Source: Vulcanisaeta sp. AZ3 | Lineage (GTDB): Archaea; Thermoproteota; Thermoprotei; Thermoproteales; Thermocladiaceae | Assembly (NCBI GenBank): GCA_000960865.2 | Contig: JZWU02000033.1 | Location: 1-14,635, forward strand | Reading direction: 5' to 3' | DNA: 14,635 bases | Shown: piece after piece, positions 7,998-14,635 of the stretch | Numbering within the stretch: position 1 is the stretch's first letter | How the letters are laid out: the number at the start of each line of letters is the position of its first letter | The notes under the pieces: generated by a model | What the model was told of the DNA's origin: nothing | Databases searched by the model: none | The model's input: the letters and a program-made list of their open reading frames with translations, nothing else | Translations under genes and position numbers: made by a program

Positions 7998-8534
7998 ATG
8001 TCGTGGTTTGAAGACATCGATAACTGGTTTAAGAGGATTCAGAGATACTTTGAGGAGTTAGAAAAGGAAATGGAGAGAGAGATGGAAAGTACACTGCGTA
8101 ATATAGTTCCGGAGGAGGGCAGGGCAAGTAAGGGTAAGCCAAGGTATTACTATTATGGTTTTGAAATATCAATAGGCCCTGATGGCAAACCAAGGATTAA
8201 AGAGTTTGGTAATGTTAGACCGAAGGGAGAAAGACCTATTGTTGAGGAAGATATTGAGCCTTTAACAGATGTTATTGAGGAGGAAGATTCTATAAAGGTA
8301 GTTATGGACATGCCCGGTGTTGATAAGGACGAAATAAGCATTAAGATTTCTGAAGATGGCAGGAAATTAATAATCAGCGCAAAGAATGAAGATAGGAGAT
8401 ACTATAAAGAGATTGAACTACCTACTGAGGTAGATCCGACTCAGTCGAAAGCAGCGTATAGAAATGGAGTATTAACAGTGGAATTGAAGAAAAAGAGCAC
8501 AGGTAGAAAAGGCTTTGAGATTAAGGTTGAGTAA
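7998..8534 (+). CDS. hsp20: Archaeal small heat shock protein Hsp20
   Basis: YYGFEISIGPDGKPRIKEFGNV, EPLTDVIE, DMPGVDK, AAYRNGVLTVELKK and C-terminal IKVE motif. ATG 7998 is preferred to TTG 7992. Confidence 0.94.
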   Translation: MSWFEDIDNWFKRIQRYFEELEKEMEREMESTLRNIVPEEGRASKGKPRYYYYGFEISIGPDGKPRIKEFGNVRPKGERPIVEEDIEPLTDVIEEEDSIKVVMDMPGVDKDEISIKISEDGRKLIISAKNEDRRYYKEIELPTEVDPTQSKAAYRNGVLTVELKKKSTGRKGFEIKVE

Positions 8535-8597
8535 GGAATTAGGATAAATTGACTTGATAAATCCTTAAAACTTATATTCTACTCAACTACATACTTT

Positions 8598-10337
8598 ATG
8601 GATGACCAACCAGGAAATGTTAGGAGGAGGTGGGTCATAGGGTCTGCATGGCCCTATATATACGCAATACCACATTTAGGTAATCTAATCGGTTCCGTAC
8701 TATCTGCCGATGTCTTTGCAAGATACCTCAGACTCAGGGGAGATGAGGTAATTTTTGTATCTGGCTCTGATGAGCACGGCACACCAATTGAAGTTGAGGC
8801 ATTACAGTTAGGCATCAAGCCCAGGGAGTTAACAGATAGAATGCACGAGATCATAAAGAAGCTTTTTGATTTATGGGAAATAAGCTTTGATAATTACACA
8901 AGAACAGAATCGCCAGTTCATAAGGAGTTCGTGAAGGATTTCTTCCTAAAACTTCAAAGGAATAGGTATATATTCACAAAGGAAGACGAGGTCCCCTACT
9001 GTCCAAGGGACAAGATATACTTACCCGACAGATTCATAATTGGTATATGCCCATACTGTGGTTATGATAAAGCCCGTGGAGATCAATGTGAGAATTGCGG
9101 TAGACTACTCGAGCCAAGACTCTTGATAAATCCAAGATGTGCCATCTGTGGTTCAAAACCAATCTGGATTAAGACGAAGCATTGGTACTTAGACTTAACA
9201 AAGCTTGAGGATAAGGTTAAGAAGTACGTAGAGGAGAATAAGGCCCTGCCCGAGAATGCTAGGCAGATGAGCCTTGCCATGCTTAGGGAGGGCTTGAAAC
9301 CTAGGGCCATTACTAGGGATAATAAGTGGGGTATTGAATCACCGTTTCCAAGCTCTGAGGGTAAGACTATATATGTGTGGTTTGAGGCAGTGCTTGGCTA
9401 TATATCAGCTACGATAGAATATTTTAGAAGTAATAATGATGAAAATGAGTGGAGGAAATTCTGGTTTGACCCAGGTAGTAAGGTTGTATTTTTTGTGGGC
9501 AAGGATAACATACCATTCCATGTAATATTACTACCAGCCATGTTGATGGCCACAGGCGACCCATACGTAATGCCATACACCACAGCCTCGACAGAATATC
9601 TACTCTTTGAGGGCAAGAAGTTCAGTAAAAGCCAGAGAGTTGGAATTTGGATTGACGAGGCTCTAGCTCTAATGCCAGTTGATTACTGGAGGTTTGTTTT
9701 AATATATCAAAGACCTGAGGGAAGGGATTCAAGCTTTACTTGGCATCAAACTCTTGAAATAATAAACTCAATACTAAATGATATAATAGGAAACTTTATA
9801 CACAGAGTCCTCTCCTTCATAGCCGCTAGGTTTAATGGAGAGGTGCCAGGCGGAAGCCCGTTAGATATAGATATTAACTATAGGGAGGAAGCATTAACAC
9901 ACTTTAGAAACTCAGGAAATCATTACGAAAACATCGAACTTAAGGATGCCGTCATGGAGGCTGTAGAGATAGCTAGGGTCGGCAATAGGTACTTAAATGA
10001 GAGAAGGCCATGGGAATTAATCAAGGATAAAAAGGATGAGGCTGGAGCAGTTATGCTTAATGCCCTGCACATGGTTAAGGCGCTATCAATGGCACTGTGG
10101 CCAGTAATACCGAGATCAATGGAAGAGCTATGGTCTATAGCTGGTTTCGGGAGACCAATGTGGAGAGATGCTTATGAACTGCCAAGGCCAGGTATAAGAC
10201 TTGGCGAGGTTAGGCCATTGTTTAGGAAGATTAGTTATGAGGAGTTTAAGGTAATGATGCAGAAATTAAATGAAATTAGAGACGCTAAAGATAGAGGTAA
10301 ATATCCGTGGGAACAAGTGTACCTTCCTCCTCAATAG
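8598..10337 (+). CDS. metG: Methionine--tRNA ligase
   Basis: HIGH-like [14 protein letters not shown], Zn knuckles (CPYC, CENC, CAIC), YVWFEA, GKDN and KFSKS. It lacks the C-terminal Trbp111-like domain. Confidence 0.97.
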   Translation: MDDQPGNVRRRWVIGSAWPYIYAIPHLGNLIGSVLSADVFARYLRLRGDEVIFVSGSDEHGTPIEVEALQLGIKPRELTDRMHEIIKKLFDLWEISFDNYTRTESPVHKEFVKDFFLKLQRNRYIFTKEDEVPYCPRDKIYLPDRFIIGICPYCGYDKARGDQCENCGRLLEPRLLINPRCAICGSKPIWIKTKHWYLDLTKLEDKVKKYVEENKALPENARQMSLAMLREGLKPRAITRDNKWGIESPFPSSEGKTIYVWFEAVLGYISATIEYFRSNNDENEWRKFWFDPGSKVVFFVGKDNIPFHVILLPAMLMATGDPYVMPYTTASTEYLLFEGKKFSKSQRVGIWIDEALALMPVDYWRFVLIYQRPEGRDSSFTWHQTLEIINSILNDIIGNFIHRVLSFIAARFNGEVPGGSPLDIDINYREEALTHFRNSGNHYENIELKDAVMEAVEIARVGNRYLNERRPWELIKDKKDEAGAVMLNALHMVKALSMALWPVIPRSMEELWSIAGFGRPMWRDAYELPRPGIRLGEVRPLFRKISYEEFKVMMQKLNEIRDAKDRGKYPWEQVYLPPQ

Positions 10338-10425
10338 GTTCTCGATATTTTAAGGATACACTAATCATATCAATCCATTAATTTAAGTTAAATAAATTAA
10401 GAAAATAGGGCCTTAATGAGGCGCA

Positions 10426-10965
10426 ATGTCCGTACTATCTCATGACGAGATATTAAGGTTAATTAAAGAAGGTAAGTTAGGTATTAAACCCTTTAGTGAG
10501 GATGTTGTTAGGGAGAATGGTATTGATTTGAGGGTTGGTAGTGAATATGCGATATATGCCTTTGAGGGTCAGGTAATAGACCCATGTGAGCTTGAGAGCG
10601 CTAGGCATTTGTTTAGTATTGTGGAGGCCAAGGATGGCAGGATAGTCATACCTCCAAGAAGCTTTGCCTTACTAACAACTCTAGAATACATAAAGTTTCC
10701 CACTGACGTAATAGGTTTCTGCAACTTAAGATCAACATTAGCAAGGTATGGACTTGGAGTGCCGCCAACAATAATAGATGTTGGATTTGAGGGAAATGTA
10801 ACAATAGAGGTTATTAACAATAGTGGTAATTACATTGTTTTAAGGCCAGGCATGAGGTTTCTACATGTTGTCCTTGTAAAGGCAATAGGCGAAGCAAGGT
10901 ATGCAGGTAGGTACCTAGGGCAGAGAGGCGTAACACCCCCAAAGGGCATGAAGGGCGAGTGTTAA
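10426..10965 (+). CDS. dcd: dCTP deaminase (trimeric dUTPase-like family)
   Basis: ENGIDLR, LRSTLARYG, PTIIDVGFEGNVTIE and YLGQRGVT motifs. Confidence 0.92.
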   Translation: MSVLSHDEILRLIKEGKLGIKPFSEDVVRENGIDLRVGSEYAIYAFEGQVIDPCELESARHLFSIVEAKDGRIVIPPRSFALLTTLEYIKFPTDVIGFCNLRSTLARYGLGVPPTIIDVGFEGNVTIEVINNSGNYIVLRPGMRFLHVVLVKAIGEARYAGRYLGQRGVTPPKGMKGEC

Positions 10966-11668
10966 TCATAGTGAGCACTTAGTGAATTCCATACTAGGTA
11001 CGGACACTGGCTATACGGTGCAGGCCCTGGAATGGCTGATGAACCGGTATTTATATCGAGATTACTCATTTTATGCACATACCGCTGTTAATTGATATTA
11101 AATCGATAACCTCAGCCGTGAATTCATGTTCTTAAAATTACTAGATACGGAAACATCTGTTACCTCATTAAGGATAAACTTGCCTGCCAATCCTACGGAA
11201 AGCCGGATTTAAAGACACATGAGTACCTCGGTATCCTAACAATGTCCAAGGCTACCGTATAGTGGGTATAATTACCTTTTATCTGAATACTACCCATATT
11301 AACAGTCCAATCACTATAACCATACCTCCCAAGTAGCCATGAAGAATAGAGGCGTCTTACACGTTGTAATTAATTCTTCTCATTCAATCTAACTAACGCT
11401 AGTATGAATTATTACTGAATATACATGGCATATATAGATAAAATTAGCTCTAGACATTCATCAAGCTCGGTATTTAATAATTATACACGACAGTGATGTT
11501 GCGATATTCAATCGGTTAGTCCTACAAATCATAAGATTAGAAAGAGTGCTGTAAAGGAACGCATAATCTAAGGTATTATTATCTAAGGAATTGATAAATA
11601 GAGAGCTAATAGTTAATGCATTAATCACGTAAGGACCATGGCAACTCTCTAGACGGGACTGTTAGGAC

Positions 11669-11682
11669 GCAAAATTTTAAAT
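11669..11682 (+). promoter_or_regulatory. BRE-TATA promoter of tRNA-Ala
   Basis: GCAAAA followed by TTTTAAAT, about 23 nt upstream of tRNA position 1. Confidence 0.65.
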
Positions 11683-11734
11683 CCTAACCTAGACAGTCCT
11701 ACCTGGGCCGGTAGTCTAGCCTGGAAGGATGCCC

Positions 11735-11756
11735 AGGGGCAAAAGGTCCCGCACAT
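11735..11756 (+). other. tRNA intron 1, non-canonical position 29/30 (22 nt)
   Basis: AGGGGCAAAAGGTCCCGCACAT: internal helix GGGGC/GTCCC, central helix ATGC/GCAC (one A-C mismatch), outer helix AAGG/CCTT and two 3-nt bulges. Confidence 0.85.
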
Positions 11757-11764
11757 GCCTTGCA

Positions 11765-11781
11765 GGTTCTATGACCAGGAT
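11765..11781 (+). other. tRNA intron 2, canonical position 37/38 (17 nt)
   Basis: GGTTCTATGACCAGGAT: central helix CTTG/CAGG, bulges CA|G and AT|C, and intron hairpin GTT-CTAT-GAC, giving an hBHBh' motif. Confidence 0.9.
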
Positions 11782-12083
11782 CGCGGGAGATCCCGGGTTC
11801 AAATCCCGGCCGGTCCACCAAGATCTCTCACGTTAATTACCTTTATCCTACTAAGTGCCTCACTTCTTTACACTTATTGTTTGGTTTGCTTTAACCACTC
11901 AAGTTTTCCTTTTAGCTGTTTGATCGTTAAAATACTACAACTGTGAATCTGTTAAACCTATGAAGATTATACAAAATCTTTCAGACCTAGTATTCCTAGT
12001 ATTGAAACTAAAGATGTTGGCATCTAATGGTAAATTACGAATTATGCAATAGGTTTATTTGCACAATCATCACTACATAATCA

Positions 12084-12374
12084 ATGAGCAGTACAAATTC
12101 ACAGCATCAAATTCCGACTAATCAAGATCTTATGATTATGAATATCCTAGCCTCCATAAAGCCCGTAATGCAAGCCGTGCTTAATGATCTGGTCAATGAT
12201 CCTAATCTCAGGAAAATAGTTATCTCCTCGGTGATTTCAGTATTGAACGATAGGGAATTTAGGTCATCATTAAAATTCTTAATAATTGAAGTCCTTCGTG
12301 ATGAGGACTTAAGGCGTGAATTAAGGGATTTAATGAGAGACGTGGCTAACCCACTACGTCTATTCATGCCTTAA
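12084..12374 (+). CDS. Hypothetical small helical protein with 17-aa repeats
   Basis: 96-aa ORF with an amphipathic pattern and a TATA-like TTTATTTG at 12054-12061, 22 nt before the ATG. Confidence 0.7.
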   Translation: MSSTNSQHQIPTNQDLMIMNILASIKPVMQAVLNDLVNDPNLRKIVISSVISVLNDREFRSSLKFLIIEVLRDEDLRRELRDLMRDVANPLRLFMP

Positions 12375-12453
12375 GGTAATTCATATACTCTATGTTCAAA
12401 TAAAATACTTATCAAGAAATAATTTTAATAAAAGCATATTTTTGAGGTTTTCA

Positions 12454-12822
12454 ATGAGTTCTCAAATTGACCCAATACAGATAGCCAAATTACCTGAAAG
12501 CCAGAGAGAGGCTGCTATAAAGAGTATTCTTCAGACGCTTTTCTCTCTCCGGGAGGATCAAGCATTTCAAGCGCTTAAGGATGTATTGTTAACACTTGCT
12601 CAGAGGGCTACTGATGATGAGTATATTAATTGGTGCAAGACAACAATGAAGATATTAGCATCATATTCAGACGATGTTATTAGAGCAGGATTAGCACTTA
12701 GGTCTAGGGTTGTTGCAAGTCTTGATAAGAGATTTCAGGATAGGGATCAAGCTATTGTTAGCAGAGTCTTGACTCTCCTTGATGAGAGTACTAGGGAGAA
12801 GTTAATGAGAAATATGAAGTAA
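12454..12822 (+). CDS. Hypothetical all-helical protein with about 19-aa repeats
   Basis: 122-aa ORF from ATG 12454 with TATA TTTTAATA at 12423-12430. Codon usage resembles neighbouring genes by eye. Confidence 0.78.
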   Translation: MSSQIDPIQIAKLPESQREAAIKSILQTLFSLREDQAFQALKDVLLTLAQRATDDEYINWCKTTMKILASYSDDVIRAGLALRSRVVASLDKRFQDRDQAIVSRVLTLLDESTREKLMRNMK

Positions 12823-12972
12823 TTGCCCTAGGTAAGTGTATTGAACCGATACTCCTTTTCTTTAAAATTCAATGATAAAAAATAAAGCTTCATAATTGAT
12901 TGTGAAGAGCTAAAGCTAAAAGTGTCCATGAAAAGCATTTTTAAACAGTCTTCAAATCCTACGTTTAGGTAG

Positions 12973-14635
12973 ATGCGGCTGCTTTGGTGTGATGACTTAA
13001 ATGTACCATTGCTTGATAGGGAAGTTGGGGTTAGGAGGTGCGGATCATTGAGTATTGTGATGATTACTGAGCCTGGTGATGTTAGGCCTGCATTTCCTGC
13101 GGATATAGCCATTACTAGAGAGGCTATAATTAATGAGTTTGGAGATGAGAATTTAGCGAGAATTCTCATTCCTGATAATGAGGTTGTACTTCTGAATAAA
13201 ATACCTGGTTATGCTGATCAGGCAGATGAGGTAATCGTTAGAGGCAGGTTGATTGGGCATAGATTCTTCGATATTGAGAGGAGTATTTGGAGATTTAGGC
13301 CCCTCTATGAGGGTGTTGCTGAGATTCTAGCTCTTAGGCGTGGTTATTGGGCTGTTGTAAACCTCGATCAATTACCGCAGAGGTACGACATACACAATGA
13401 CCTTATTATTGAGAGTTCCCTACCCAGTACTAGGTATTTCCATGTTGCGGTGACTACACGTGATGGTAGATATCATGGCGTGGCTAAGATTATGAGAAGT
13501 GGTAGACTTAGGGTGATAAAGAGCTGGAGGGCTAAGGATAGATTGCCAAATCCTAGACCAAGTTCCTTAAGAGATTTTATAGAGTTAAATAGAGACTACC
13601 TAGAGAGGAAAGCAAGTAAAGCTATTGAGTTTCTTAAGCATGTATTTAATGAGTACAAAAAGCCCATAATCGTAAGTTATTCAGGTGGTAAGGACAGCCT
13701 AGTAGCCTTAGACCTCACGGCACAGACGGAAGTTAAATTCCACGTACTCTTCAATGATACAGGTCTCGAACCTCCTGAAACCTATGAGAATGTTAAGGCG
13801 GTAACTGAGAAATACGGTGCAGAATTAATAGTAGCCTCTGCAGGAGATTCCTATTGGAGAGCTATCGAAGAGTTCGGCCCTCCCGCAAGGGATTATAGGT
13901 GGTGTTGCAAAGTAATTAAGCTGGGCCCTATAACTAATACATTACTTAGTAGATTTCCCCTGGGCCATATAAGTGTAGTTGGCCAGAGGGCCTATGAATC
14001 CTTTCAGAGGGCTAAGCTACCCAGGGTATCAGTTAGTAAGTGGGTCACTAAGGACATAGTGGTTGCGCCAATCCAGGACTGGACTGCACTCGAAGTTTGG
14101 GGCTACATAATCATGAGGGGTCTACCGTATAATAAAGCGTATGAGTACGGGTTCGATAGGCTCGGCTGTGTAATATGTCCGGCCAATGAGTTAGCAGAAT
14201 TGATGATTGTGAGTGAGAGGTATCCTGAGATATACCGTAAATTAAATAACGTGCTTAGGAGATTTGCAAAGCAACAGAGGTTACCCGAGGAGTTCGTTAG
14301 TCAAGGCCTTTGGCGTTGGAGAAAGCGATTACCTGGCGATATAAATAAGCACATTAAGGTAAGGTTTAGAGTTAAGTATCCTGTAAGACTTCGTGATTTT
14401 GGTAGTTCCATGGCTGCGAATACTGATGAAGCAATAAATGTAAAGACCTTCATGGAATTCCTAAAAATGCTCGGCAAGGTTGAGGTAGGTAATGGCTCTT
14501 TCATGGTTAGAGGTAAGTTGGGCGAGGCTGAGATTTATCTTAATTCTGAGGATGGCATTACAATTAAATCAGATAGTAAGGAGTTAAGGATTGAGATCGC
14601 AGGCCTTGTAGCTAGGTCCTCAATATGTGGTGAAT
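12973..14635 (+). CDS. PAPS/APS reductase-like PP-loop protein with N-terminal Cys/PUA-like region and Fe-S motifs (3' end beyond the window)
   Basis: Frame 1 is open from ATG 12973 to the window end (read by hand; absent from the track): MRLLWCDDLNVPLL...PGDVRPAF...VLLNKIPG..., SYSGGKDS, FNDTGLE, PPARDYRWCCKVIKLGP, GQRAYES, PIQDWT, RLGCVICP, ending ARSSICGE. TATA TTTTTAAA at 12938-12945. Confidence 0.92.
   Translation, partial: MRLLWCDDLNVPLLDREVGVRRCGSLSIVMITEPGDVRPAFPADIAITREAIINEFGDENLARILIPDNEVVLLNKIPGYADQADEVIVRGRLIGHRFFDIERSIWRFRPLYEGVAEILALRRGYWAVVNLDQLPQRYDIHNDLIIESSLPSTRYFHVAVTTRDGRYHGVAKIMRSGRLRVIKSWRAKDRLPNPRPSSLRDFIELNRDYLERKASKAIEFLKHVFNEYKKPIIVSYSGGKDSLVALDLTAQTEVKFHVLFNDTGLEPPETYENVKAVTEKYGAELIVASAGDSYWRAIEEFGPPARDYRWCCKVIKLGPITNTLLSRFPLGHISVVGQRAYESFQRAKLPRVSVSKWVTKDIVVAPIQDWTALEVWGYIIMRGLPYNKAYEYGFDRLGCVICPANELAELMIVSERYPEIYRKLNNVLRRFAKQQRLPEEFVSQGLWRWRKRLPGDINKHIKVRFRVKYPVRLRDFGSSMAANTDEAINVKTFMEFLKMLGKVEVGNGSFMVRGKLGEAEIYLNSEDGITIKSDSKELRIEIAGLVARSSICGE

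Larger units (their letters stand above)
11705..11820 (+). tRNA. tRNA-Ala(TGC) with two introns (29/30 and 37/38) and encoded CCA
   Basis: Acceptor stem GGGCCGG/CCGGTCC with the G3:U70 Ala identity pair, D arm GTCT..GGAT and T arm CCGGG-TTCAAAT-CCCGG. Removing 11735-11756 and 11765-11781 restores the anticodon arm CCCGC-CT-TGC-AC-GCGGG (anticodon 11761-11763). Confidence 0.95.

Noticed and set aside
4443-10820. Short minus-strand ORFs inside SmAP3, tgtA, hsp20, metG and dcd
   Set aside because: All are antisense to strongly supported genes.
10968-11045. Possible C/D box sRNA after dcd (TAGTGA...CTGA/CTGATGA)
   Set aside because: No convincing C, C' and D' boxes at the expected spacing of about 12-nt guides.
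11011-11262. 9-bp inverted repeat CTATACGGT/ACCGTATAG as MITE ends
   Set aside because: About the length expected by chance in a 700-bp region, and no target-site duplication was seen.
11755-11946. 63-aa plus-strand ORF
   Set aside because: Starts inside the tRNA gene, so it is spurious.
11790-12830. Integrated element at the tRNA-Ala 3' end
   Set aside because: No integrase and no duplicated tRNA 3' end (att site) seen in the window.
12122-14504. Minus-strand ORFs 12122..12367, 12828..13169 and 14301..14504
   Set aside because: Antisense to the plus-strand hypothetical gene and the PAPS-reductase-like CDS.
1-14635. CRISPR array, rRNA or transposase
   Set aside because: No regularly spaced 24-40 bp repeats, rRNA-like sequence or transposase motifs were seen.

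Overview
Archaeal chromosomal window, most consistent with a crenarchaeon of the Thermoproteales (Vulcanisaeta/Pyrobaculum-like). This is inferred from RpoG, SmAP3, a PUA-less TgtA, a tRNA with two introns and TATA boxes about 25 nt upstream of start codons. Most of it is housekeeping: the 3' part of a thermosome subunit (with a 1-nt frameshift at 180-181), rpoG, SmAP3/Lsm, tgtA, a PAC2-family proteasome chaperone, rps17e, hsp20, metG, dcd, tRNA-Ala(TGC) and a PAPS-reductase-like PP-loop/Fe-S protein that runs off the right edge and is missing from the ORF track. Highlights: (1) an AT-rich, overlapping three-gene unit on the minus strand (divergent TFB paralog, TadA/VirB11-like ATPase with a Cys-rich N-terminus, minimal TadC-like membrane protein) with an inverted repeat around its TATA box; (2) tRNA-Ala(TGC) with introns at 29/30 and 37/38 whose bulge-helix-bulge (BHB) folds are mutually exclusive; (3) two small helical tandem-repeat proteins downstream of the tRNA; (4) two unexplained spacers with repeats or possible gene relics. 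All family assignments come from motif recognition by eye; no database searches were run.
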